DNA of 64,000 nucleotides. Source: Vicugna vicugna. Taxonomy: Eukaryota. Made by a program: the position numbers and the translations under genes. Every line of letters begins with the position of its first letter. The stretch's first letter is position 1. Positions 36,566-49,208 of the stretch are shown in pieces. The DNA lies in the NCBI GenBank assembly GCA_013265495.1, contig MU058584.1:434001-498000 (forward strand), written 5' to 3'. A model generated the notes under the pieces. It did no database searches. It saw only the letters and a program-made list of their open reading frames with translations, and had not been told where the DNA came from.

Positions 36566-38479
36566 CCTTCCCAGCCTGTGAACTGGGTACAGTAGTACCT
36601 CCAGTGCCTCCCTCTTAAGATAGGTTGTGTAAAGATAAGGTGAGCCAGTGCTTGTGGGAGTTCTTTTCATACATTATGAATTGATTAATTTGTGCCTCCC
36701 TTTTCCGAAGAGGATTAAAGTACCTACAGGTGCTTCATTAATAATCCAAGTTGTCCCACACTCCATTTCCTTAAAATTTTTACTCAGTCACAAATCTAAC
36801 TAATCTAGGTTAAGGCTGTCAGTTTGCTAAGTTAGGCTGTTTTGTTCACTTAAAAGGGCTGAAAGTTTCAGAACCGTATCTCAAGGAGACTTGAGAATTC
36901 CTCTTGTTCTCTGCCCTCCCTGATGGCACGGTCCTTGGGTTACTAAACCTCGTGGGATGCAGTAGGCCCAATGGTCGTCTCTGCTTTAGCCATGGAACAC
37001 TAATAACTTGTTATTTTTTTCCATAAAAATGAAATTATTTAAGGAAATTAAATTCATTTTCTGTTCAGAAACAAGGAATATTATAGAGGAAATGGAAAAA
37101 CTCAAGCTAAATAAAAAGTATTTTTGCTATATTCAACCTTCATTTGAGAAAATTTATTGGGCACCTGCTGAAGTGCCAGGCCCTGGGGATGCTGCAGCGA
37201 ATGAAGGCCGTGCACTCAGAGAGCTTGCATTGTGAGTGGGGACCTAAATGCCACACTGAGCATTATAGCGAGAGTGTGAACTTGCAAATTGTGGTAAGTG
37301 CCATGAAGTAGGGGGTGTGATGGGAACCTAACGAAGTAACCTGATTTAGCTTGAGGGCACGGCAAAGGCTTTTGTGTGGAGGTTTTATCGAAGCCTTTAC
37401 TAACTTTAAATTACTGTTTTTCTATATATTTACTTTTCACCTATAGGCTGACTCAGCTCATTTCCCCTCCTTTGGGCTATATTTCTTCATAAGATCTGCT
37501 GCTTGTTAGAAAACAAGTGATAAATATGCCCATTAGCACTTTGTGTCTTTCTAAGCTAGTGTTGCCCTCAGGGAGCTCTTAAATTCTCCCCTCTTTAATC
37601 GCCCTTTGATGACAGGCCTTGGACTCCGCTCTTAACTCTTCTTTCTCTGGTATGCCAATAGCTCTTTTCTCCCCAAAGGGCCAGTTTGTCTGGGGTGGCA
37701 GAGGAAGGGTGAGCAAAGAAGAATAAATAGGCCTTCCTGCCTGAAATCGCACCATTCTCCCTCTTTGGGTTGCGAGCTTAAAAAAAGAAAAAGCGTCCTG
37801 GACAACAATGATTACAGAAAATGTGTTTAAAATAATTTTTTTAAGCTTAAATATCATCCATAATTCCAACATTCAAACTTAACACTGTTAACATTCATGA
37901 AGTATATTCTTCCAGTCTTTTTTTCCTCTATGCATTTGTTATTTAATGTTTCCATTTCTATATATAAAATATCATGGTTTACTTTTTTAAGCATGAGAGC
38001 TTTTTACTATTTAAGAGAGCCATATTAACATATCTTGATGACTTTTTGTGGATATAGTAAGTATAGTTAAGCACATTTGAAATCCTCTCTCCTCTGTTTC
38101 AAACACACAGAAACTAGTTTTTAAATTCGTAATTGAATTCATAGTCAAGAGGAGAATTTTTTGGACCAGGAAGAGTGAAGTCGATGGCCCAGACTTCAAA
38201 ACCTGCCCTGGAAAAGAGTTTCAGTGACCTTGCACATGGCAGGAAACCAGAACCAGAATTCTGTATGAAGCTGGGGTTAGGGCCATGTCCTTGCCAGTGG
38301 ACTGGAGCCTGACCATTTACAGTGGTCCTCAGCTTTCCTTTGGCCCAGGAAGGCAACAGAGCACCTATGAGAATAGGACCCAGCACTGTGAAGCATACGG
38401 TTGATATCTACCATTTTGTTGTCCGTAAATGGAGAAAACTCTAAAAACCCACCTTCCAACCATGTGCAGAGTTGCCTGC

Positions 38480-39760
38480 CCTATAGGGCAAGGTTTATCC
38501 ATGATATCAACTGGCAGAGAGTAGGAAATAGGAGGGGAAAACTCCTATGCCAACTCCTATGAGTTTGCAAAGGAAGCTTCCTGAGAATTCAAGGAAAACC
38601 AAGTCCTTGCAAGACAGGCAGCAGACCCCCGCCAACAAGAGAACCCAAATCCAAGAAAAGGGGAGCAACAGAGCAGTCTGGAAAGGTCTTTAATAATGTA
38701 TGTATTTAGAATCTCAAAGACAAGAGAAGTAGTATTTCTAAAATGAAAATAGATTATTAATGAAGAATTCATCAGTATGAAAAAGATCCGAGTGGCAGTC
38801 TCTGAAATAAAAAATACAGGGATTGGGGGAGGAGTGAAGAAATGATGTCAACAGTAGACTAGATGTAACTGAAGAGACTATGAATTTGAAAACAGAAATG
38901 AAGCAGCACAGAGACATAAAGGGCTGGAAAGCTGGACAGAAAAGAGCAGGTTAGATTGAGACGCTCTAACATACAATCAGTAGTTTCTTGGGTTTCTTCT
39001 GGTTTTTTCAGAGTAGCTTATATCCTGTTAACCCTTTCACTGTGGATACTAGAAAAGCATATATATATATATATGTATATGCTGAAGCAGTGAGGCCTGG
39101 AGACAGGATCCTGGACAGAGGAGAAATGCAGAGAAGTGAGCTGGACATTTGATGCCACTTTCCCTCCACGTATCTGCCAGTGTGTGTCAGCAAAGTGACT
39201 AAATAGATGCGCAGAGCTTTTGGCAGTCTCTCAGACCTGGGGACCCAGAAATTGCAGTTCGGGGCCTGCCTAGGAAGAGGGGCCCTGGTAAACACCCCAG
39301 CTCTCCATCTGGAGCCCTGGAAGGTTCCATCTAGGGAGTGAGGGCAGACTGGAATACCAGCACTTGAAAATCTGACACATACCTTCCGTCAGCTCAGTCG
39401 CGGATCAGGATGATGCTTCTCTGTTCACCTTTCTTTGCCTGCCAGAAGCAAATGTAAATCCTCTCTGGAGGAAAATAACATTCAGATCCTCAAATTAACT
39501 CAGTGCTTTTTCATATGCTGTGTCCGACAGCCAATAAAACATTACCAGATGTTTGAGAGAGTAAAATCAAATGGCTGAAAAACAAGAGGAAACCATAGAA
39601 ACAGGAAACAGAACTGCACAGGAGCGTCATACGTTGCAGAGACTACATGTGGACTTTAAAACAACTGGGATGAGTTCAAGGAACAAGATGATAAGGTGGA
39701 GAATTTTGGCAGGGAATGGGGATCTATTAAAAAGAATCAATTAAAAAATCTGGAACGAAA
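38480..39760 (+). mobile_element. Old, degraded L1-like remnants (5'/ORF1 region)
   Basis: A-rich decayed sequence (aacagtagactagatgtaactgaagag, aaatgtaaatcctctctggaggaaaataaca); bounds approximate. Confidence 0.45.
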
Positions 39761-40599
39761 ATTTTACAGGGAGCAGGCAGTATCTTAATCCTTCATTAAA
39801 GATTGGAGTTTGAGTGGAGTGAAGTTGGAGTCTGGAGCTGTGATTCTGACCAATGGAAAGGGCTGCTGTTCGCTCGGGATTTTCTGCAGTGATGTCCCAG
39901 GGCTGTGCAGTCCGCTTGTGACTTGGGAAGGAAGCAGAGGCAAGTATGAGAATAAGGAACCAGTGCTGACTGAAAGCAGAGCCTTGGTTAGTGAGGCACT
40001 GGATAGATGCCTACGTGGGGAAGAGGGAAGCCTGGAGTGAGGAGAGAGCATGACGGAACATTGTTTTTGTGTTCTTTATATATCTTCCTATGGCCACTTA
40101 GGGTACTCAGAATGGTGTAGCTCCTGCTTTTATTTAAAAACATTTTACATTTATATTATTTTCTGTTACGTTTTAGTGAGTTGTTGTGTTTATTTACTAG
40201 GCTGTTAGGTGCTTCAAGCCAAAGTTTCTGTTTTACCTGTTCCTCTCTCTTCTCTGCATATGACCTTCCCTTCCATCCCCTCTACCAGCCTCTGCCCAAC
40301 ATCCAGCGCATTACCTTTACAAAGTAGGAGCTAAGCAAATATTTGTTGAATGAATAGAAGACATAACTCTTGATTGACTTCTTTGTTAATTCGAGTTCTG
40401 AAAGTGTTCCCTGAATGGTGATCACAGGGTGACAGTGGTGCAGTGGAAAACATACATTTCTGCTTTTAGGGAGTTGACAACAGGGAAGAAGGGAGATAGA
40501 ACTTGGGAAGGAGAACAGGAGGAAATGGAGGATACATGGCAACTGCCCAAAGCCTCGCTGACACTCCTTCAGCAACTTACTTGTCCTCGTTACAAACCC

Positions 40600-41468
40600 T
40601 GTCCATAGGGTCCATCCAGGAGACAGAAACCACACCACTGATTAGAATAGGGGAAATTTAATACAAAGAATTAGTCAGTAGTAAATGGAAGCTAACTACT
40701 AAGGAGGGTGAAGAGAATTTTAAAGACTACAAGAGCAACTTCTGTCTCTAGAGCTGAAGGAAAATATCTGAGGAAGGATAAACTAGGAGAGAGAGTCCCC
40801 CAGAGTTAACATTTAGACCTTGGAGTGTGAGTCTCTGGGGCCAACTGGATGGCAAAGTCCTGGGGCACCAGCAAGACTCGGGGGAAGGCGTGTTATGCCA
40901 CTGAGTCTCCCACTTAACCAGTGGCCAGGAAGTTGCCTGCTGTGCCACAGAAGCAAGAACAAAAGCGCTGGAACCAGGAAGAGAAACCCTTCCTCCCTCA
41001 GTGTCCTTCCAGCACCCTCTGCTGACAAGACCTAGCGCTGTGCCAGCTGGCAAAGGAGAAGTGTTTAGAGCGGCTCAGTCCAAAAGAAATATAACTCAAA
41101 TCACATATATATAATTTAAAATTTCTAGTAGCCACATTGGAAAAGCAAAAAGAACCAGGTTGCATTAATTTTAATAGTACATTTTACTTAACGCAGCATA
41201 GCCAAAATATCATTTCAATATATAATCAATATTAAGTTACTAGTGAGCTATTTTACATGTTTTGTACTAAGTGTTCAAAATTTGGTGTGGTTTTATACTT
41301 AAAGCACGTCTCAACCCACACTAGCCACGTTTCAAATGCTTAACGAGGTGTGGTTAGTTGGCTACCATATCTAACAGTGCAGTTTACAGAGTCCAGCTCC
41401 AGTATCAGAAATCTGGTTGTAGCACATGGATTTGAAGCTGAAAGGCAGTGAATCAGTAACTGACACAC
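40600..41468. mobile_element. Old LTR-like element (ERVL/MaLR class, subfamily uncertain) interrupted by MER33
   Basis: gggtccatccaggagacagaaaccacacc...aaatttaatacaaagaatt start; sequence resumes after the MER33 TSD and ends ...actgacaca. Confidence 0.5.
41071..41381. mobile_element. MER33-like hAT-Charlie element
   Basis: gtccaaaagaaatataa, tttctagtagccacatt, ctagccacgtttcaaatgct; 8-bp TSD gtttagag (41063-41070) and gtttacag (41382-41389). Confidence 0.85.
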
Positions 41469-42399
41469 AATTGTAATAATTATGTGGCTACATAATGGAA
41501 TATTATGTATAATTAAGAGTGGTGTTCAAAAAAGTTTGCAGGAATTTTGGAAAAAGGTTTTTATTACGGTAAATCAAATATCATTTAGAATTGTATATAA
41601 ATAGAATCTCAATTTTGTAACAACATCAGAACTCCAAACAGAAAGCCATGTATTTAAAATGGTCAGGAAATACACTAAAATATTAAAATGATTTCTTCTT
41701 CCTACACTTATGTATTTTCAAATTCTTTTTAATGAGCACACAATTAATTCACATAACGTCCATGCTGTCATAGAACAGAGGTGTCCTGTGCATCTCCAGA
41801 CATTGGAGGGCCTCAGTTGGTCACAGTTTCAGAGGGAAATGGGAATACTGGAAATGGGATTGACTCTGAGTGTGAGAGCTTAGCTTCGTAAGGTGCAAAG
41901 CTTTTGTCATTCTGTGTTTCGAAAGTCATGATTGGGAGTCCTTAAGGTAGCAGAAACCGTAATCTCTCTGAATCAGTGGATAAGGGAAGGTGGTTTATAT
42001 ACTTTGTGTTAGAAGCTGCTTGGTAATGGCTGGGATTGGAATGCTAGGCATTGTTCATTTCCTTTTTTCTCTTGAGGATCAGGGGATTAAAATGCTGTTG
42101 TTGGAACTGATTTATATTTTGCATCTGCTGTATAGAGCATTTTATCCCCTCTGCTCTGTCCTAAAAAGTAGAGGCTCTTTTTTCTTTTCCTCAGAGAAGC
42201 TGAAGATGGGGAATGCTGTGATCTGTTGGGTGCTGTGTGTGTGTGTCGTCTGCTGACACAGCTGAGAGACAGCTTGCCCATTTTGTGGGTTCCCCTTGAG
42301 TTTTGGTTATTAGCCCGACTCAACTTTATGCCAGTTTGGTCTAGAAAGGCCAGAGGTTCATGAGACCAACCCAAAATCTGACTGTAAAATTTTTAAGGA

Positions 42400-42635
42400 A
42401 GCAAATGCTTATTGCCTTGTTATGTACCAGGTACTATTGTTAAGTGCTTGTCATAAATTAGCCCATCTAATCCTCAGAATAACCCTATAATATATAGGTA
42501 TATTTGCTTCTCCCATTTTATGGAGGGAAACTAATGCACAGAGGTTACATAACTCACTTTGGTCACATGGCTAGTAGGAGGAGGAGGCAGAGTTCAGATT
42601 CACACAGTCTAGCTCCGAAGCCTGTGTACGTAAGA
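42400..42635 (-). mobile_element. MIR SINE
   Basis: taatcctcagaataacccta...cccattttatggagggaaactaatgcacagaggtta...gtcacatggctagta. Confidence 0.8.
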
Positions 42636-42647
42636 ATTAAGCCAGTG

Positions 42648-42829
42648 CAGTAGTTCTTAAACTTTAGCGTCTCAGTCTACCTGAGGGCTTGTTAAAATGC
42701 AGATTGCTGAGCTCTGCCTCCCTTTTCTCATTCATTAGGTCTGGGGTGGGGCCTAAGGACTGGCATTTCTAGTAAATTCCCAGGTAATAATGATGGAATT
42801 GGTGCGGGGATTACACTTTGAAAACCTGA
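42648..42829 (-). mobile_element. MER5A-like hAT-Charlie MITE
   Basis: cagtagttcttaaacttt, cttgttaaaatgcagattgctg, taggtctggggtggggcc, acactttgaaaac. Confidence 0.75.
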
Positions 42830-43039
42830 TAGGCTCATCCTTATGACCAGAGCGCACAGTCCTTGCTAGGCAGCTTCTGCCTCACCGCAGTGTCTGCTGC
42901 TCTCGCGTGGTGGAGGTCGGAGGGGCAGCTGGCTGGGGCCCTGACTCCTATAGCAGGGGTCAGACTACCTCGGACTCTAACCTGTCCGTTTTCCAGGTGC
43001 CCTCAGCGGAAGGTGCCTGTACTTGAAGTGCTCCTATAA

Positions 43040-43230
43040 AAATAACCTCACTGAGACAGTATTCACATGTTATACAGTTCACCCACTTAACGTGTGCAGT
43101 TCAGCAGTTTGTTGTATATTCGGATTCAGAATTGCGCTACCACCACCACAATTAAAGAATGTTTTTGTCGTATCAACACGAATCCCTGTACCGGTTAGCA
43201 GTCACTTGTGCTTCCCCCAAAGAGCCTCCA
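43040..43230 (-). mobile_element. L1 3' end fragment (L1MB-like)
   Basis: tgagacagtattcacat...ttcacccacttaa...cagttcag...ccctgtaccggttagcagtcac. Confidence 0.7.
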
Positions 43231-46200
43231 GCTGTAGGCATACTTTTAACCTTTTGGGGTCCAGTATCAAGAATAACATTACTTGAAAGACAGAGCTTTG
43301 AAATCATGCCTCCAAAAAGCTTTTTGCCTTGTGGCCAGGTCTTGTGAAAATTTGCCTGGACTGCTTGGTGATTCCTCTTCTGCCAAGAACTTATGTGAGA
43401 AATTTAACCACTTTTCCAGACTCCTATATATTCTGGGATTTGGAGTCTGATGCTGGCACCTTGGGGCAGTTTATGAAGGAGCATGATTGTCTTTTTTTCC
43501 TCTTAAACTCAACAGTTAGGAAAATGTTCCACATACAGTAATCACCTTTTTGGAGGAGGGCACCATGACTGCTGTTGGAATTATATGAAGATGGACAAGA
43601 CATATGGTCTCCTATCCCCAAGGAATTTAAAGTTCGGTAGGAAAGATGGCCATACACAGAAACTGCTGCTAACACTAAGCAAAATGTGGTCAGCGCTCCA
43701 GGGGATATACAGAGTGCTGAGGAAGCCCATTTTGCTCATGGAGAATGATCTGGACCTTGAAAAATGGGTATCATTTTAGTAGGCGGAGATGGAGAAAAGC
43801 TAAAGGCTGTGACAAGAGCCCCCAATAGTGGGAAAATGCAGGGCATGGTATCCAGACAGTGAGTTAGTATGGTGTCCCTGGAACAAGAGGGGACTTAAAT
43901 CTCCCTTTTAAATCCCTCCCAAGTAGAGTCAGTCTGTTTGTTCTCTTGCTGTGTCCTGTATCATTTTATGTCCCCATCCTTCCTAGCTCAGACTTCCCCT
44001 CCTTTAAAACTGCCCTGATCTCCATGATTCCAGTCTAATCCCAAAGATTCACATCATGAGAGGAGAGGGTGCTGCTGTAACCATTGAGCCCATTCCAGAA
44101 ACCCCATATGTGTGTGTGTTCACAGTGCTCTGTGGAAGGACCCTCCCCAACCCAACCCCACTGGCCTTCGTGTTTGGCCAAATGGAGCGGTGAATTTGCA
44201 CTGATGCAGGAGAAGAGGTCATTACTTCTGGGGCCCCACAATCTATACCCTGTGAGCTGAGGTGAAACTCTGCTCTGATTCCAGCCCCACTTTGCTTCTT
44301 TCATGGGCCCAGCCTGAGTCTGTTCATAACATCCCCAACCTGTTCATTTAGATGTGGGCTGCTACGTTTTATTATTTTAAATCTGGAAATTCCTTCAGCT
44401 GCAACACAGAGACAGGGGAATTTTTCCTTTCAAACATTTAAAAACTTTTAAACAACTTGTCAACTTGTTGTGATGTGTCAGCTGAGGACCTGATGCTGCG
44501 AGCCTTCCCCTCCTGGAAAGGTTCACTCAGCTAAACCAGAATTTGAACTGATTCTGAGTCATCTGCCTACAACAGAACATTTTTCTCTCCATCACAATTT
44601 CATTGCATATGTAGCAACCAACACGCATTTAAGAGCTTCCCTGAGCAGGGAAGCCTTCCCTGGTGCTGCTGCTGTTGGTGCTTTGGCAACGAGTTTTCAC
44701 TGCCTTTCTCCACTGCCCTCTCCTTGGCCTCTGCCCCTCTGTGGGCCCTCACTGTTGCACATACCTGTAAGGGGCCATTCGGAGCCTTGTCAAGGCTGAA
44801 CTGTCAAAGGCTTTTGCTGGTTTATGTTTCAGGCTCTTGGAGTGTGGTCAGCCATGCAGAAATGTGCCCCATGGGTAGATCAAAGCTTTGGTGGCTGGAC
44901 TGATGCAGTCGCTGCTCTGACTAATTAAAACCAGGCCTGTGTGCGTGGCAGTGTGATTAAAGGCAAAGAGACAGTTACGAAAGGTGATGGTGGTTAATTC
45001 CTGGCATTCCGTCTCTTGGTCCCCATGGGGCTGATGTACAAGGAGAACTTGCCTGTCACACACACTCCTAATGGGACTGTGTTTCCATGCACACCCTTTG
45101 CACACACATATGCATACACGTGGTCAGATCATTTGCCGACACTTGTCAGTTGAATGAGTCACAGACATAGAGAATCTGAGAGCTGGAAGAGACACGGGGT
45201 TCATTTGGTCCCATCTCTTAGAGACAAGAAACTGAGGCCAGAAGGACCCCCAGAGTTGGCTAGGAGCAGAGTCTGTATTTCGCGTCACCTCTCCCAGTCC
45301 CAGTTTAGTGTCATGTTGTAAATGCAGCTATAACTTAGTTGCTTAGGTTTTCATTCATTCCAAAGATGTTTGTTGATCACCTGCTGTGTGTCAGAGTCTT
45401 TGATTTCATCACTGATTTCCTCCTCAGAGATCTTTGACTTCTGCTCATCTGGCTCCTTGCTGTCTTCAGTGCCGAAGGTCAGTTCAACTCCACATTCCCT
45501 GCGCTGGTAGCTCTCCAAATTTCTAATACTAACCAACAGTTTTGAACACCTACCGTATCCTATGCAGCATGCCAACATTTTTCCTCAGTTACTAATAACA
45601 AAACTAGCATTATGTTGAGCCCTTACAAGTGCCCGAATCTTTGTTAGATGCTTTACAGATGCTATCTCACTTAATCCCAGGAAAATATTTTTAGCCGACT
45701 TATCCCTCACAGCATGCCATTCGTATTTCCAAGGCTGAATTGCTGCAAGCCTGAGCAGTGTGCCCAAGGGTATCCAGGGAGTAACTCGTGGACCTAGCCT
45801 TTTACTCGCACGGGTCCTCCGTCTGCCATTACAGCGCACACTTTCCCCAGATGCTGCCCTGATAAGCTGTGAGAGGGTAGGGCAAGTCTGTTCTTCCGGT
45901 GGTCCTCTGACTCCTCTCTCCACCCTTCACCTTCTAAAAAAGAACACTCCAGGTTTTGGGGCGGGAGTCTGCTGTTTCTCCACTCTCCCGTCTGACTGTT
46001 TTCATTGTTTAGAGATAGTCTCTCTAAACCAAAACCCACAGCTCACGGACTGGTCCACTGGTTGCAGAAGAGGCTTGCTGGTTGCAGGCCTCCTTCCACC
46101 AGCCTGCTCTGCATTCAGGTCCTGCTGCCTCGCTCACCTGTCTCCCCCTCCCTCTGAGGCATCAGAGCAGCCTCATATGGCTGAATCACTGCTTACTTGC

Positions 46201-47954
46201 GAGCGGACGTGGTGGCATCTTGATCATAACGCGCTCACCAGAGCCTTGGCTAGCCATGTATGTTCTGTTGAATGTGCCTTGGTGTCTGTGAAGAGGGTGG
46301 TGAATTGAGACAGTTCATTTCCCACTTACAGCTAAGGCCAGCTCACCTTGGCTGGAGAGAGTTCTTGAATATTTCTTGGTAGCAGGAAGTCCTGAGTTAA
46401 TGAGGTCTTTTCAAGAGCTTCAGGCTGAAAGCTAAGGTCCCTAAGGGAGCACTGATGTTGACATTGTCACTGGGCAAATTCTCACTGGAGACGGAGGGCC
46501 GAGGATTGGGCTGGCAGAGCCTAATGTCTACTAATGTTGACTTCAAACCAGTAAAGCCCTTGCTAAGCTATTTAACTATAAAATTGGAACCTGGGAAGGC
46601 AGTGCAGACTCTGGGATTACAGGTCTGGAAATTTGGATTTGCTTTCCAGCCCTCTACCAGTCAGTCACTTACTTTCCATCTCTGTTTCCCCGTTTTGCAC
46701 AGGGATTTACATGGGCATTAAGACCCGCTGGGAAACAATTCCTTTTTCAGCTGGGTGCTGGGTTTGGTGAAGATGCTGTTCAATCTAGATATGAAAGCAC
46801 ATGATTTTGGATTAACTCTCCTACTTCTGCCTGAAACTGATGCAGGCAACTGACAGTTGATTAATGAGGATGGAAGTGAAGTCTAGAGAATTAAAGCATA
46901 ATCAAGTCCTTTATTACTAAAAGAATGCTCAACTCAAATGGTCACAGACCACCTGTTCTAACACTTACCAGCTATCGCATTAAAAGGGAGACTTTGCAGG
47001 GAAAGTTTCAGCTTTGTATTTTGAAAAATTTAAGTGCACTCTCTAAATAAAAACTGTTACGTTGCTGTCATTTTTGGTCCTTTAGAGAAATGCGAATCCT
47101 TTCCAGCCTCTTTGTCTGTCGCTGAGGGCGAAAGTAAGACGAGTGTGAAGCACTTGGCTCACGGCCAAGCACACAGCTAGGCTCAGTGCAGTGTCGCTGC
47201 CGCCCCAGGTAGTGGGAGCCAGGCCTGAAAGAACCGATCACATTGCATATGCAGGCATCTCTTTATCTGACTGTGCTGTTGTTTTTAATGAAGGCATCAT
47301 TTATAGTATACTGCAGTGCATTAATCCTGTAGTCCTGCCTAATTTGTGTTCTGAGTAACACAGGGGTTTGAATGAAGAGAGCACAGGGTGGGAGGCAGGC
47401 TGGGGGCAGAAGGAGGGGGAATGGGTGTGGGAATGAGGGAGAAGTGCCTCTTTCTCTGGGTGGACCCAGCCCTGTGCTTGCAGAGGGTTTCAGTCTTCAC
47501 TCTCCCCCTTGGTTGGGTGCCTTTGTGCAGGTCACAGCCTGTGCTACCCTACCCATGGCCCTGTTTGGGGAGGGCGTCCATAGACAAGCGTAAGAGACTT
47601 GAACGACTTAATCAGAGCAGCAGCTCTCAAGTGACCTCCATTTAACTCACTCACTCACTTGCTGGTCTCCGTTCCTCTTGCGAAACATACTTGTGGCTAC
47701 TGCTGCTACGTATTTGTGTTCCTGTTGTCATAATTGCCACCACGATTCTGCTCCCTGCATTTGGGCTGACTGTGTACTAACAGCCAGTTGTGTAAGTTTC
47801 CAAAGCTGTTTGTGCCAGTTAAATTTGTAATTGTAGCTGAGTAATGTAATCATTACGTAAATGAAGTGAGTGGGGAAGATAGCTAGTACTCATTGAGCAC
47901 TTACTATGTACTAGGCATTCTGCTATGTGCTTAACATCTAGTCGCCTATTTTGT

Positions 47955-48420
47955 TGTGTTTGTAAAACTAAGTTGAGTGTTTTGAACAAAATTTATAGAA
48001 GTGAGTTGCTACAAAAGAAGTTACCAATGAATTAGGTATGAAGAAGATGACGATAAAAAGGTTGGGGGGAAACTGAAAACCTTGGACAGTTTCTGCATCC
48101 AGAAACCTTTGCATGTACTTAGCAAAGACCTTTAAGTTCTAAATCTACTTGGAAGAAAGGAAAACTAGAAATCAGTCAATATGCTCCTTATACAAGACAG
48201 ACTTTGGGAAATTAATCTGTGGGCCCATACCTGGAGGTAAGATCTCCAATCTAAATAAAAATATCAGTGAATAACCATACATTGATATGTTTCTATTTAA
48301 ATAAAATGTTTTAAGGTATACACATTATTTTCTATGACTTTTGGCTTTAACATCTGTTTTACATAATAGACCACTTTTTCACTGGCCATGATTGTGTTGA
48401 TAATTCTTGTACTGTAAGAA
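47955..48420 (+). mobile_element. Ancient Tigger-family (TcMar) remnant
   Basis: Decayed segment (actaagttgagtg...gaattaggtatg...gggcccatac...aaataaaatgttttaaggta) resembling old Tigger transposase N-terminal remnants, from recall. Confidence 0.45.
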
Positions 48421-49089
48421 AGTTACTGAAGCCAAATCACATATAAGCCCCAGATGGCCTCTGGTGGTGTGGGCAGGTGCCTGTAGGTGAGCCGAGGAGG
48501 CTCTTGTAAGGAATGTGTCTGTGAAGTAACCATCGTTGTGATCAAAAAAGTTCCTTTTTTCTCAGTTATTGGGTTGGATTGGATTTTAAAACATCAGATA
48601 TTTCTAAAACTCAGTGGATTGCATCTGCCAAGGTTTTGGAGCTCTGTTGTGAGTGTAATGAAATTTGACATACAATAACATTGCCCTCTGGTGCCTGTGA
48701 CCAAAGGAATTTCTTTGTGGTTCCAATGGCCAGATCCTCTGAGGATCTGAAGGGTGAGCATGTATGCGTGTGCACGGATACGTACACACACGTGCTTATA
48801 TTAAATTACACAAGTATTCAGTGAGCCTCCTGTATGCCAAGTGCTGTGCTATGAGCCATAAGGACCCAAGAAAATAACCTGATGGGATCATTGCCCCCAA
48901 GGAAGCTGGGGATGTACCTAAAGGAGTCACACGTCACTGGCTAAGATAAATGGGCCGCTAGAGATCATTGTGCAGGATGAGGACAGCAGGAGAGGATGCC
49001 AGTCAGAAAGCAGCTTCGAATTAGGGTGACATTGCAGAGGAATTATACAACATCAATGATAATAAGAACTTATATAATAATTTACTTTT

Positions 49090-49208
49090 TTTTAATTGAA
49101 GCATAGTCGATTTACAATGTTGTGTCAATTTCTAGCGAACAGCATAATAGTTCAGTCATACATACACATACATATATTTGTTTTCATAGAAAAGGGTAGA
49201 AAGGGATA
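49090..49208 (-). mobile_element. Short L1 3' tail insertion with inverted segment
   Basis: Reverse complement reads ...agaaattgacacaacattgtaaatcgactatgcttcaatt plus poly-A; TSD aataatttactttt (49076-49089) and aatgatttactttt (49209-49222). Confidence 0.8.

Noticed and set aside
45760..46308. Longest ORF (182 aa) as a gene
   Set aside because: GTG start, Leu/Ser/Cys/Pro-rich composition typical of non-coding DNA, no recognisable domain, and it begins in MIR-like sequence.
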